The notes beneath the pieces are model-generated. The model did not search any database. It had not been told where the DNA came from and saw nothing but the letters and a program-made list of their open reading frames with translations. Positions 8,288 through 18,554 of a stretch of DNA of 64,000 nucleotides are shown one piece after another. A program made the position numbers and the translations under genes. The DNA lies in IMG/VR virus record IMGVR_UViG_3300009165_000006. The stretch is one strand, 5' to 3'. The DNA comes from a virus. The first letter of the stretch is position 1. Each line of letters starts with the position of its first letter.

Positions 8288-9223
8288 ATGGCAAGCAACA
8301 TCAACTACAAGCAACTTCGGGATGGCACGTGGGGAGTTCAGGGGCGCAATCTTGTGACAGGCCGGACCGTGACGGTCACGAAGAAATCTGGTGAGACCAA
8401 GCAAGAAATAGTGGGAGAGATTGTTTGGAAAGGTACTGACGGCTTCTGCTACGCTAGAATTGCCGAACAGGGTGTTTCCTCTAAGTCTTCGACCCGTAGC
8501 AGCTCTACTCGAGGTAGTTCTACTCGTACCACTTCTACCCGGCGAAGCAGCCGGAAAAGCGGTAAGAAAGAGGGCGCCCAAGAGGGCAAATACTCATCAT
8601 CCCGCGAGGGCGATACGGGGGACGAGATCGGGAGAGTCTGCTTCCTCCGTGCGGGTGGAAACCGCATTCCAGTTGTTGTAGTGGGGTGGCAGACGGGCTA
8701 CTGTAGTGAAGATGGTCTCTCCTTTGGGTTACCAATGGATGATGGGTACTACACGGTTTCGTATTACAGAGACGCAACCGAGGAAGAGGCTACTGCACTT
8801 GCCTCCAAGGAAGCTGCTGCGAAGGCTGCGAAGGACTCAGCGGCCCAACAGGCCAAGGATGCTCGGATGGCAGCGGAGACGGCTGCTCGGGCACCTCTCG
8901 CAGGCCTTACGCGAAGTGATAGCTTGAGCACCCCTGCAGGTACCAAGACCTCGGTTGGTACCTACAAGAGTGAGCACGGGTGGGACATTAGCATCACCCG
9001 GGTCGAGATGGGTGATGCTAATGTGGTCTACATCGAGAGTGCCTACGGCTTCGACGACAGCCGAGAGTACCTCTGGGGCACTCCCGAGGTTCTTGCCACC
9101 CTCTACGAAGCCAGACTTGCTGAGCGTTCAATCAGCAAAGAAGAGGCTCAAGAGTACTTGTCCAAGTACTCGGGTTGCTATGGAGCAGACATCTACAAGT
9201 ACGTAGTCGCGCGAGGTGAGTGA
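8288..9223 (+). CDS. hypothetical protein (311 aa) with Ser/Thr/Arg-rich low-complexity segment
   Basis: ORF track; SSKSSTRSSSTRGSSTRTTSTRRSSRK run; promoter-like motif upstream. Confidence 0.45.
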   Translation: MASNINYKQLRDGTWGVQGRNLVTGRTVTVTKKSGETKQEIVGEIVWKGTDGFCYARIAEQGVSSKSSTRSSSTRGSSTRTTSTRRSSRKSGKKEGAQEGKYSSSREGDTGDEIGRVCFLRAGGNRIPVVVVGWQTGYCSEDGLSFGLPMDDGYYTVSYYRDATEEEATALASKEAAAKAAKDSAAQQAKDARMAAETAARAPLAGLTRSDSLSTPAGTKTSVGTYKSEHGWDISITRVEMGDANVVYIESAYGFDDSREYLWGTPEVLATLYEARLAERSISKEEAQEYLSKYSGCYGADIYKYVVARGE

Positions 9224-9275
9224 GAAGCTGCTCGATGCCTTGACTCCGCCCAGCACAACGGTGTAGCTGACTTCC

Positions 9276-9740
9276 ATGAAATCCACTGATCTTCTGAAGT
9301 TGGCTTGGAGCAAGATCGATCGACCTCATTCGATGTGTCCTGACATCGAGATTGGCTACGTTCGACGGGTGCTGGGTGAGGTAATGGCGGCCGAGATCAA
9401 GGACCGCGAGATCCTCGCCGAGGAATCCTATCGGTGGGTTTTTGGTCAACTCCTCGTGAGCCCCATGTCCCAGAGTAGTTTGGAGGATGATTGGTACGAG
9501 ACCAATCGAGTGTATCGGGAATGCATTCAACCACCCAACGACAATTACGAGGACGAGGGGTATCAGAAGGCCCTCAGCGACCAGTTCGAGGCTGAGGATC
9601 GGGAGAAGGAGCAACGGGCTGAGGAGGTCTCTGAAGCCCTCAGGTACCTCCTCACACGTGGACTAGTGGGTAGAGATCACGAAAGATACTTCGGCGATCC
9701 GGCAGCCTACCAGATGATGGTCAAGATGTCCTCGGTGTAG
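9276..9740 (+). CDS. hypothetical protein (154 aa)
   Basis: ORF track. Confidence 0.35.
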   Translation: MKSTDLLKLAWSKIDRPHSMCPDIEIGYVRRVLGEVMAAEIKDREILAEESYRWVFGQLLVSPMSQSSLEDDWYETNRVYRECIQPPNDNYEDEGYQKALSDQFEAEDREKEQRAEEVSEALRYLLTRGLVGRDHERYFGDPAAYQMMVKMSSV

Positions 9741-9750
9741 CTAACTCGAT

Positions 9751-10338
9751 ATGAAGACCTATCGAGTTGAGTTATCTTCAGATGAAGGGCCTATTCGAAT
9801 TGAGTTACTAATTCGAGATTCGAATTCTACCCTTGAGCCACCTATCAGGAGATGCTTGATACTGAAGGCAAATGGGGTACCCGCATTGGAATACTGTGAC
9901 CAATTACAAGCTGGGGAGCAGCCCAACAGTTTTCGAGTGTTACTTACCCCTAACCCCATCGACTTGACTATGACCGTCGAGGACGAGGTGCTTGAATCCC
10001 AGGACCCCGTTGTCATAGATGGGCTTTATGGTAGGCGTGCGAGAATTAGTGGGGGAATACCTGCTGTTAGAAGAACTCGTGAGGAGTTTCTGGCCTCAAT
10101 GAGCGACGAGTATCGAGAGGCATACCTTACTAAAATTGCACAGAAAAGAGCTCAATATGTAAACCTTGAGGGTCAGTCCCTTTATCGAGTTAACTTAAAC
10201 GAGCTATGGTCCATTCCGGAAGGGATTCCAAGACCCCTTGACTCAAAGTTATTATTGGTTGCTCCGGCTGAGCTACCTCCAGTTGAAGATGGGCCTATCG
10301 TAGTCGAATTTGAATCATGGGAGGGTTCCGATGATTAA
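9751..10338 (+). CDS. hypothetical protein (195 aa)
   Basis: ORF track. Confidence 0.4.
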   Translation: MKTYRVELSSDEGPIRIELLIRDSNSTLEPPIRRCLILKANGVPALEYCDQLQAGEQPNSFRVLLTPNPIDLTMTVEDEVLESQDPVVIDGLYGRRARISGGIPAVRRTREEFLASMSDEYREAYLTKIAQKRAQYVNLEGQSLYRVNLNELWSIPEGIPRPLDSKLLLVAPAELPPVEDGPIVVEFESWEGSDD

Positions 10339-10445
10339 CGGACAAGGCACGGGACTACGCCCCGAAACAGGGCCAATGTGTTTCGAAAGCGATTGGCGTG
10401 GAGTGTTCATCCGCGGGGACAACGCCTTTGGTGTAGCAAATACCC

Positions 10446-10661
10446 ATGGCAAAAGAAGCTTCCTCTGAATCCCTTGGGCACGGCAAAGTAGTCAGGGCGT
10501 CGGACAAGGCCCTGCAGATTGAGCTATCCGACATTGGTGAGACCAAGTGGATCCCACGTTCTATTATCCATGACGACTCCGAAGTCTACGATGATGGCGA
10601 GAACAAGGAGGGGGAAGTAGTGGTCAAGCAATGGTGGGCTGTGCAGGAAGGATTGGTCTGA
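10446..10661 (+). CDS. hypothetical protein (71 aa)
   Basis: ORF track. Confidence 0.3.
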   Translation: MAKEASSESLGHGKVVRASDKALQIELSDIGETKWIPRSIIHDDSEVYDDGENKEGEVVVKQWWAVQEGLV

Positions 10662-10699
10662 TGTTGACTATTACCTTCGTGCAGGTGTAGGTTTTTGCT

Positions 10700-10933
10700 A
10701 TGGCTACGCACGAAGAAGAACTCAGGAAGATCGTCGACAACATCGAACTACTCGAGGCCGAGCAAGAGTCCAACACTGAGGAGATGCAGCGAATCGTCCC
10801 TTTGGAGGGCCGTGACAAACGCTTGACGTACCTCAACAAGAGGAATGTGCACATCGAGAACGGCCTCAAGGAATTACACGAGAAGCGTAAGAGCAAGATC
10901 GAAGTTATCGAATGGGAACATCGAACTGGTTAA
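10700..10933 (+). CDS. small coiled-coil protein (77 aa)
   Basis: ORF track; charged heptad-like sequence. Confidence 0.3.
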   Translation: MATHEEELRKIVDNIELLEAEQESNTEEMQRIVPLEGRDKRLTYLNKRNVHIENGLKELHEKRKSKIEVIEWEHRTG

Positions 10934-11448
10934 GTAACAGACCACCCGCGCTCGAGCGATCGTAGAACCCGGCGAACAGCCCGATCGGCTCCGACAAATT
11001 GGTCCGATCGGAACTTGAGGTTCGGGTGAAGTTCGTGCTCTGAGGTGAAGAACGGATTGCTCGCCCCATCCTGGAAGTACTCAGCGAACCACTCGGTGGT
11101 ATAGCTGTAAGAAAGGGTGGCTCGGTAAGGTGGTATCGAGTATTCCCATGTGTTGTCGGGCTTCAAGTCCCGGGCGATGGCCTTCGGTCTCATGGATCCT
11201 CAACAACCCAAGCTAGAATCTCAGAGGCTGAGATGAAAGAAAATAGTTGACTCTCTGTCTCTAGCAGAACTTTTGGCTTTCCAGTAGAGGCTACTGAACA
11301 GAAACCTAGGGTGTAGACGTCCCATAGGGTACCTAGTTTGCTGATCGTGCCACAGTATGTTCTACAGTGACATTCGCTCTCTTTCCCTTGGACATTAACT
11401 AACGTTGCCATGTGTTGCCCTGACTTCGATGGTTTTGTCTCACTTAGC

Positions 11449-11916
11449 TCACGTTTCTACATGAAACCTACGAAGGCCTATGACGAACGTCATACCGCAC
11501 CCCATTTTTCTACCTTGCTCGTACCAACACCCATTCTTTCGAAGAGTTATGATTCTGACCTCACCCTTCGCATCCCGAATGGCCTCGAGCCCCCCATCCT
11601 TTTCTGAGTGAACGACCAGATCTTGTTGAATGATGAGGGTCTTGTAGCTCAAGAATCTAATGATCGTGTACGGATAGTAATCCGTACCCCAATGGAAGGT
11701 CACCCCCATGCCTATTGCCGGCTCTGGGGTCTGTTTTGCCCACTGTGCCACCAAATCGAGAACGGATGTTTCGGTGTTTGGGCTGTCAATTTCTCCAGGC
11801 CCCCTAAGGTAGAGGCGAATTCCATCCAAACTAACCCAACTCACTTTGGTCATCCGTCCATCAACGTTACAATAGACGGTACCTTCGGAGTCGATTGATA
11901 GGCTTTCTGTTGCCAT
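11449..11916 (-). CDS. hypothetical protein (155 aa)
   Basis: ORF track. Confidence 0.35.
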   Translation of the reverse strand: MATESLSIDSEGTVYCNVDGRMTKVSWVSLDGIRLYLRGPGEIDSPNTETSVLDLVAQWAKQTPEPAIGMGVTFHWGTDYYPYTIIRFLSYKTLIIQQDLVVHSEKDGGLEAIRDAKGEVRIITLRKNGCWYEQGRKMGCGMTFVIGLRRFHVET

Positions 11917-11952
11917 ATCGAATATTGCATGCCAAAGGTGGCGAAATCAACC

Positions 11953-12312
11953 CTAAAATGGCTCGGCAGTGGTTAAAATGATGATGCCTTCCAGCACCTG
12001 AGCCTCGGTGAGCTCCCAATCAACTTCTCGAGGGAGTCCAGCGATAACAGCTACCTTGAACTTCTGGTAGACCTCCAGGGCTTTCTCGTCGTCCCTTAGG
12101 ACGTCTGCGCAGATAGCCAGGGCGAGCTGGGCAGGCCCGCTTCCGGAATAGCCACACTCGAAACCGATCGAATGGTTCCGAAGATCGGAGCGTGGATCGA
12201 TCTTGTTTTCGACCTCACCAATTCGGACGAAAACTGACAGGATATCATCCTCATCACGTTCCCCTATGTAGACTTTCATGAGGTTAACCCCCCCTCCACT
12301 TGCAGGTTTCAT
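11953..12312 (-). CDS. hypothetical protein (119 aa)
   Basis: ORF track; preceded by the conserved promoter-like motif. Confidence 0.45.
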   Translation of the reverse strand: MKPASGGGVNLMKVYIGERDEDDILSVFVRIGEVENKIDPRSDLRNHSIGFECGYSGSGPAQLALAICADVLRDDEKALEVYQKFKVAVIAGLPREVDWELTEAQVLEGIIILTTAEPF

Positions 12313-12346
12313 ACTCTGTATTACGCACTAGTCACGACAATCTCAA
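12313..12346 (-). promoter_or_regulatory. promoter-like element TTGAG-N14-TGCGTAATA-N6-ATG (minus strand)
   Basis: Plus strand reads cat-actctg-tattacgca-N14-ctcaa. Confidence 0.5.
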
Positions 12347-12426
12347 TGACTTTTCAAGCTGCCAGTGCTTTTTTGTTGACTGCTAGGGTGATTCGAGTGC
12401 AATGAGGTGAAATCAGGCAGGTTTCT

Positions 12427-13404
12427 ATGGGCTCATTCAATCAAGTTTGCATGCTTTCTGGGATCCCAATCACCTATCGGGATCCGGTACGGGCTATCCT
12501 CGTGACGGAGCATCCCCGGGCTACCCTTGGTACCGCTGCGCGTGGTTACTCCTCGAAATACATCCCGAGGACCTTTCCAATTCGTGGTACTTACAACGAT
12601 TACGGGTCGTTAGAGAACGTCCCAGACGACGTATTCAAGCGTCTGTGGGTCAAGGGATTGCAGGATGACCTAATCGAGCTTTCGCAAGGTGCGAACCCAA
12701 GAGATGAAGCTGTCACGAAAGACTTGGACTTCGATGACTTGTGGGTGGCTATTTTGCAAGAAAGGCTACTAGTTCCTGGTCACGTTTCGAGGGGAATTGG
12801 CTTTTGTGAGCCGATGCCCTTGGAGGTTGTAGACCATCCGGTTGTTTCGCGACATATACGGAACGTTCGCGTTCAAGTAGCTATGATCCGCGAGGATGTC
12901 TGGCAGTCCATCATGGCTACCCCTCTCAAAACCAGGGCTTTCTTCGAGCTACCTGAGACGTTGGAAGCTCTTCAAGGGGCGGTTCAAGCTTACTGGGGGG
13001 AGTGCTCCACCCTGTTGAACAAGCCCATTAGCAAGTTTGACAAGCAGTTACTTCGAAACACTATTCGTTGTATCCAGCTAGAAGGACCCGTGGCGAACCT
13101 GCCAAGTTATACACTTCGAGACGAATGGGTCTTCGGACTCGGATCGCATTGGCTCATGGCTCTCGAGGGCGAGATTCAAACCCAGGAGTTGAACGACTTC
13201 TACCAAGGCGTAGCCGAGATGGTCTGGTTCATCTGGGTCAACTCCTATCGCAATCGAGAAGGAAGTCTTTGGAAACCCTCCTACGCAGGTGGTGAGGATC
13301 TTCCTTGGAATGACCATCTCCGGTTCCATAAAGACATGGTGCGGATTCTCGAAGGTTTGATTGCCAAGGACAAGGAAGAATACGAAGAATCATGCACACC
13401 ATAA
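12427..13404 (+). CDS. hypothetical protein (325 aa)
   Basis: ORF track. Confidence 0.45.
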   Translation: MGSFNQVCMLSGIPITYRDPVRAILVTEHPRATLGTAARGYSSKYIPRTFPIRGTYNDYGSLENVPDDVFKRLWVKGLQDDLIELSQGANPRDEAVTKDLDFDDLWVAILQERLLVPGHVSRGIGFCEPMPLEVVDHPVVSRHIRNVRVQVAMIREDVWQSIMATPLKTRAFFELPETLEALQGAVQAYWGECSTLLNKPISKFDKQLLRNTIRCIQLEGPVANLPSYTLRDEWVFGLGSHWLMALEGEIQTQELNDFYQGVAEMVWFIWVNSYRNREGSLWKPSYAGGEDLPWNDHLRFHKDMVRILEGLIAKDKEEYEESCTP

Positions 13405-13736
13405 GTCTTGAGCAGGCGCTATCCATATGGTCGGAACTTGAGCAAGCGTATCACAGGCCTGAGACTCATCGTACTATCGAGCTCTACCTGTACCGATTGG
13501 TTACCGGGTCCCCTTCTGCTTATCGAGTTGAACTCATAGAAAGTCCAGGACCTATCGGCGATAACGTTCGGGAAATCTACCGAAAGGCAAATCGAGCTCT
13601 CTATGCTCTATTGAAGCACTTCTGTGACATCAGAGAGGCCTCAATCACTGTGGAGGGCCAAGAGCTTGGACCTTGGTTGGCTGATTCCCTTCAATGTCAC
13701 AGAGTCCAAGTCACTGTGAATCCAAGAAGAAAGTGA
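13392..13736 (+). CDS. hypothetical protein (114 aa)
   Basis: ORF track. Confidence 0.35.
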   Translation: MHTISLEQALSIWSELEQAYHRPETHRTIELYLYRLVTGSPSAYRVELIESPGPIGDNVREIYRKANRALYALLKHFCDIREASITVEGQELGPWLADSLQCHRVQVTVNPRRK

Positions 13737-13960
13737 TGACTAATAAGCCCGTGATCCAGGTTTCTCACGCTGATCTCGAACGATGGGATGATGGACCTTA
13801 CAAGTCCAAGTGCCCAACCTGCAAGGATGGGATCCTCATGATCTGCCGCGATTCATCTACGTTCAAGCTACAACGTCGAGATCGATGCATCAGTTGTGGT
13901 CAACAATTCAACTACACGGACGCGGAGATCAATGGAGAACGGTTCGAGGGGGACAAGTAA
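13694..13960 (+). CDS. small zinc-ribbon protein (CPTC...CISC)
   Basis: ORF track; two CxxC pairs. Confidence 0.35.
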   Translation: MSQSPSHCESKKKVMTNKPVIQVSHADLERWDDGPYKSKCPTCKDGILMICRDSSTFKLQRRDRCISCGQQFNYTDAEINGERFEGDK

Positions 13961-14104
13961 GCACAAGTAGGTTCTCTGCGGCATTCTGGTTACAAGAACT
14001 CTTGCGGATACTCGCTTGACACGTTGCCTAGATCCTGCTCTCCTTCTTGGTGACTCAATTGTTGAGTTCTAGCCTAGAAGGAATTCGGGGCGGGAAGGAA
14101 CACC

Positions 14105-15250
14105 ATGAAACCTACAGTAGCAGTTATCTCCTTAGTTCTCCAAGCCACAGCCCTAACAGCCTATGCACATCCGGCTTGTCACGGACAGTTACAGGGGGCC
14201 ATCAACACTCCGGCAGATGATTCCGTACATTGCCCGACGGTATGTGATCCGACTGGATGCCAATGTGATCCCACTCAGCTCTCCCCCTATAGCCTCGAGT
14301 GGTGGTACTGGACGGGCCACCTGAAGACACTGAGTGGTCGCAAGTTTGGGTTCTCGAACATCGTCTACACGGGGATCGACCTCGTCACCTACCTTCCACT
14401 CACATGGTCGGACAGTACGGTGGCCGACCTTCGTAACGGCACGTTCAACTATGGTGGACGAGAAGCTATTCTCGGGTTGCCGACGAAGGTCCCCAACGGA
14501 TTCGAGTTCACTTTCCCTCACTCGCAGGTCTTTGGGGGTAATGGAACTGATGCGATCCACTCAGTGATCGTCGACCAAACCTCGGGCAAGCGGTACGAAG
14601 TGGATCTGGCGATTCACTCGGTGAAAAAGCCGGTTCAACAGCGTGCCGATGGACTCGTTTACTACTATTCCCGCGAGCAAATGCTTGCAGTCGGAGCCAT
14701 CGTTATCGATGGGATACCCCAGATCGTAACGGGAACCGTCTGGTTCGACCATCAGTTTGGGGATCAACGAGACGCTTACCAGAATGTCACCACGTGGCAG
14801 TGGTTCGGGATCCAACTCTCGGGCAACCGGCAGCTCGTCCTCTACGACGTCCAGGTGAACGAGAACGAGACTCGCCCCGAGTACGCCTCCGGAGTCATCG
14901 AAGGGACCTTCACGGATCCCAACTGCGGAGTCACTCACCTGACCCGGAACGACTTCACCATCACGCCCCTTGGTAGCTGGCAGTCGGCTTGGATGCCCCC
15001 AGGCTGGGGTGACTTCCAGTGCATCTACCCGATGGGGTGGAGCATCCAAGTCCCCAGCAAGGGGATTGACATCACCGTGGATCCCTACTTCGATGCCCAG
15101 GAGATCATCGCCCCCTTGCCGGCTCCTGAAGGCACATTGACCGTTGGTGACCGGTATTGGGAAGGGGATGCCGCGGTGACGGGTAGCGATACCGGTGAGG
15201 CCTTCGTGGAACTCACCGGCTTCTGCCCATTTGCCCCAGGATCTAACTAG
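14105..15250 (+). CDS. secreted protein with N-terminal signal peptide; possible CrtC/AttH-like lipocalin-fold hydrolase
   Basis: MKPTVAVISLVLQATALTAYA signal. LEWWYWTGHL resembles the EWWY motif of CrtC/AttH family. GGAAGGA SD upstream. Local GC is higher than the surroundings. Confidence 0.45.
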   Translation: MKPTVAVISLVLQATALTAYAHPACHGQLQGAINTPADDSVHCPTVCDPTGCQCDPTQLSPYSLEWWYWTGHLKTLSGRKFGFSNIVYTGIDLVTYLPLTWSDSTVADLRNGTFNYGGREAILGLPTKVPNGFEFTFPHSQVFGGNGTDAIHSVIVDQTSGKRYEVDLAIHSVKKPVQQRADGLVYYYSREQMLAVGAIVIDGIPQIVTGTVWFDHQFGDQRDAYQNVTTWQWFGIQLSGNRQLVLYDVQVNENETRPEYASGVIEGTFTDPNCGVTHLTRNDFTITPLGSWQSAWMPPGWGDFQCIYPMGWSIQVPSKGIDITVDPYFDAQEIIAPLPAPEGTLTVGDRYWEGDAAVTGSDTGEAFVELTGFCPFAPGSN

Positions 15251-15255
15251 TTTGG

Positions 15256-15519
15256 TCAGGTCACGGTACCTGCAATTTCTTTCTTGGCTACAGCTTGCAG
15301 GTACCGTATGACCAACCAATCGTCGACAACGTCCCCTGCTCTTAAGTATTGGGGGGCATCGGGTGGCACGTACTTAGTAAGTTCATCCTTGAAATTTTCA
15401 AGTTCCTCGGGTGTGAGGCCTTGTTTGGTTAGGTCAAAATCATTGTACCCATGAAGACAGAATTCACTAGCTGCATCATTCAGGATAGTCACTAAAACTT
15501 TCAATTGAGCACGATTCAT
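15256..15519 (-). CDS. hypothetical protein (87 aa)
   Basis: ORF track. Confidence 0.3.
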   Translation of the reverse strand: MNRAQLKVLVTILNDAASEFCLHGYNDFDLTKQGLTPEELENFKDELTKYVPPDAPQYLRAGDVVDDWLVIRYLQAVAKKEIAGTVT

Positions 15520-15705
15520 TCCCCGGTGTACACCAGTTCATGCACTTTTGTGGAGACCTATTTCACGATCTGCCGTTTTATTTGGTGACGGCGTTGCCGT
15601 TCTTAGGTACTCTCGTCGCCTGGTGTCGATCCATGGTCAAAAGGCTTCGTGTGGATAGAAGACGATGACTGAGGCTCTTAGGCGAGGCAGAGGTTAAGCT
15701 CACGG

Positions 15706-16167
15706 TCAGCTCTTCATGAAATTCGCTGGGCTATCTTTCCGGACTCGATGCTTGATCTCGTCCCGCACCTTGCATCCCTCGGCTGACTTCGTAGGCTCAA
15801 GTGGGGTAGCAGGGGCTCCACAGTTCTTGCACTTGCCGCCCTTCACATAGAGCGGGTTGTGACAGTAGTGGCACTTCGGCCTTCTCTTCGGCGTGTGCTT
15901 CATAACTACCACCGGACATCCTCCGGGAGCCTCCCATAGGCCAGCTCACAGGCTTCCTCGTACTTCGTAGCCCGCTCAACCTCACCTTCGAGCCGGAGGC
16001 TCATGGCACACGACTTGTTGATGGCGTAGCAAGCTAGCGTCTCCATGATCCGGCGAGCGCCCTTCCGCTTCCCAGTGACAACGACGGCTTCCTTCTGGGT
16101 GGCGATGTGCCACCCAGAAGTCTCGGAGTTCTTCCCGGCTCATTGCGTCGAAGTTTGGGATTTCCAT
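15706..16167 (-). pseudogene. degenerate, frame-disrupted paralog of the 17357-17811 zinc-ribbon gene module
   Basis: Three consecutive ORFs in three frames (16167-15982, 15985-15797, 15912-15706) are collinear with the intact copy. It has the same N-terminus (MEIPNFDAMSREELRDFW) and the same C-terminal CHYCHNPLY...CKNCGAPATP zinc ribbon. Confidence 0.5.
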
Positions 16168-16201
16168 GCCTTCTATTACGCACCACCAGCAGAGAATTCA
16201 A
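16168..16201 (-). promoter_or_regulatory. promoter-like element TTGAA-N14-TGCGTAATA-N6-ATG (minus strand)
   Basis: Plus strand reads cat-gccttc-tattacgca-N14-ttcaa. Confidence 0.5.
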
Positions 16202-16598
16202 CTGAATCTTTGCTACCCACCTCTCCCCATGGTATCATCTGGCTATGGATACTCGACGAAAAGACCACATCCAAAGAGGAGGTCGTGTATTCCTTCCCCT
16301 TTGGCGTATGAGACAGATTAAGTTCGAAGAGGCTGTACTCAATTCGATAGCCAAGCGCGAGGGATTGACTGGTAGTCTTCATCACATGGATTGCCGGTGC
16401 GGCTCTATCTACTGCAAGGCGACGCCCTACCTCTCCACGACTAAAGACGCTCGACCCGAAGGATGCACTGAGGAGCCCAAGATGCGGAGCGGTTTCCAGC
16501 CCGGTCGACCTAAGTACTAGGAGTCAAGAGAACGACAAGCGAGTGTTCAATACTGAGGACAAGCAAGTAATCCCCCTCCATCTTTTGTGCTCTGATCT

Positions 16599-17345
16599 AT
16601 GCCTCAGCTAACAATTGAACAGCAAATCCGATATGAGCGTCACGTTAGGCTGCCTGAAGTCAAGGAAGCTGGGCAGATCAAACTGCTTCAGAGCAAGGTC
16701 CTGCTCATAGGGGCGGGCGGGTTAGGATCCCCAGTAGCGCTCTACTTAGCCGCCGCAGGGGTCGGTACCTTGGGGGTCGTGGACTTTGATTCGGTTAGCC
16801 TCTCGAACCTCCAGAGGCAGATCATCCACTCCACCGTCGGAAAACTCAAGGTCCCAAGTGTCACAGAGGCGGTGACCCGGTTGACCCCTGACGTATCCAC
16901 CGTTGAGTATGTCGGTCGCGTGGATGCCTCGACCATAGATCAGATCTTCGAGATTGGTTGGCACGTGGTCATTGACGCCGTGGATAACCTGGAAACTCGG
17001 TACCTCATCAACGAAGCTTGCGTAAAACGTAAGCTCCCATGGATCCACGGGGCCGTTTTCTCGTATGAGGGTCAAGTGACAACCTTCACCCGGGGCGGCC
17101 CCTGCTATCGATGCCTCTATCCAGATGTGCCCCCCAAAGGGGCTGACAAGCCCGGTGGCGTCCTTGGAGTTGTCCCAGGCGTGATAGGTACTATCCAAGC
17201 AACAGAGGCGCTCAAGGTCATCCTGGGGCTCGGACAGACGTTGGAAGGGACGATGCTCAACTACAACGCTCTCTACATGTCCTTCGACCGAATGCCGCTT
17301 GGAGCTCGCAACCCAAACTGCTCAGTTTGCTCGATGACTTACTGA
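16599..17345 (+). CDS. ThiF/MoeB-family E1-like adenylyltransferase
   Basis: LLIGAGGLGSPVALYLAAAGVG (GxGxxG), DFDSVSLSNLQRQ, and C-terminal CYRC...CSVC zinc motif. About 248 aa, MoeB-like size. Confidence 0.85.
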   Translation: MPQLTIEQQIRYERHVRLPEVKEAGQIKLLQSKVLLIGAGGLGSPVALYLAAAGVGTLGVVDFDSVSLSNLQRQIIHSTVGKLKVPSVTEAVTRLTPDVSTVEYVGRVDASTIDQIFEIGWHVVIDAVDNLETRYLINEACVKRKLPWIHGAVFSYEGQVTTFTRGGPCYRCLYPDVPPKGADKPGGVLGVVPGVIGTIQATEALKVILGLGQTLEGTMLNYNALYMSFDRMPLGARNPNCSVCSMTY

Positions 17346-17356
17346 GCATAGGTTCA

Positions 17357-17811
17357 TCACTTGAAAAACATGGCTGGTGTGTCCCGACGAAGAGGGTGCT
17401 TGATTTCGTCCTGCACCTTGGGATCTTCAGTGGGCTTCAGCGGGTCAAGTGGAGTAGCGGGGGCACCACAGTTCGTGCACTTGCCATCGCTCAAGTAAAG
17501 CGGACGGTGGCAGTAGTAGCACTTGGGGCGGCCCGTAAGATTACCTACCACCGGACGTCCTCCGGGAGCTTCTCGTACTGGATCTCGCAAGCCTGCTCAT
17601 AGGTCAGGGCAGGTTCAATCTGGCCTTCGAGACGAAGGCCGATAGTACACGATTTGTTGATGGCGTAGCAGGCTAGACTCTCCATGACCTTGCGAGCGTC
17701 TTTCCGGTCACCAAGGAAGAGGCCGGCCTCTTCCTTGGTGGTAACGTGCCACTTCGACCAAAAAGCTCGAAGCTCGTCTTGAGTCATGGCCTCGAGGTTT
17801 GTGAGTTCCAT
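17357..17811 (-). CDS. zinc-ribbon protein, apparently split by a frame change (17811-17545 N-terminal domain; 17590-17357 CYYCHRPLY...CTNCGAPATP ribbon)
   Basis: The two ORFs overlap by 46 nt in different frames. A paralogous module lies at 15706-16167. Promoter-like motif upstream. Confidence 0.5.
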
Positions 17812-17845
17812 ACGTTCTATTACGCACGATTGGGGTGAAACTCAA
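17812..17845 (-). promoter_or_regulatory. promoter-like element TTGAG-N14-TGCGTAATA-N6-ATG (minus strand)
   Basis: Plus strand reads cat-acgttc-tattacgca-N14-ctcaa. Confidence 0.5.
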
Positions 17846-17887
17846 CAAGCAATTGTCTGATTCCTAGGATTGGTGTAGGGTTGAAGC

Positions 17888-18202
17888 ATGGAATGTATTG
17901 ACCAGTCAACTTTGAACTCTGAACCAGATCTCGGAACTATCGCGCAGTTGAATCACGAGGGGGATACGACGTACACGTGGGACAAAACGAATGAAAACGA
18001 GTGCCGGGCCGCCGAGGCACACTTCAACCTGTTGAAGTCGAAAGGATTTCTCACCTTTAAGGTGAAACGTAGTAGACGTAAAAGTCCGGAAGAAGCATTT
18101 GATCCGAAAGCAGGCAAGTACGTCTACGTGGCCCCCGAAATAGCGACCACCCTTGACCCCAAGGCGGACTACGTAGTGACACCACAGATGCGAGGCGGGT
18201 GA
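17888..18202 (+). CDS. hypothetical protein (104 aa)
   Basis: ORF track. Confidence 0.3.
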   Translation: MECIDQSTLNSEPDLGTIAQLNHEGDTTYTWDKTNENECRAAEAHFNLLKSKGFLTFKVKRSRRKSPEEAFDPKAGKYVYVAPEIATTLDPKADYVVTPQMRGG

Positions 18203-18554
18203 TGGGTAGTAGAACTACCCAGTGGATTCCTGAATCAGAACTTAGCCTTAGCAGGAGATAACTTGTGCATCTCCTCGTAGGCGTTCTTGATCCAGGTGAG
18301 ATCCCCATTTATGAGTTAGAAGGGGCAGAGCATAGCTATCAGTGGGATGGGGCCTCCAATTTTGCCAATGGAGGAATCTGGGACATCAGGCCCTTAACAG
18401 TCAACCATAGAGTCATAATCAGCTTAGGGCTTGATGAACCACTGACCGTTCTCGTTGCCCAACTTTCAGATCGCCTTCAAGCGTTACCTCAACCACTGGA
18501 TGGTTCCTTGATTCTGTCTATCAGGTCCGTCTATTCTGTTGATGGGGTTACTAA

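Noticed and set aside
8421-8946. Multiple overlapping ORFs on both strands within 8288-9223
   Set aside because: They arise from the Ser/Thr/Arg/Ala low-complexity segment of the 311-aa gene. The 311-aa ORF is continuous and promoter-linked.
14189-15319. Long minus-strand ORFs (123 and 252 aa) antisense to the secreted-protein gene
   Set aside because: The region is GC-rich, so long antisense ORFs are expected. Their products are Gly/Asp/Leu-biased with no motifs. The plus-strand gene has a signal peptide, an SD and a family motif.
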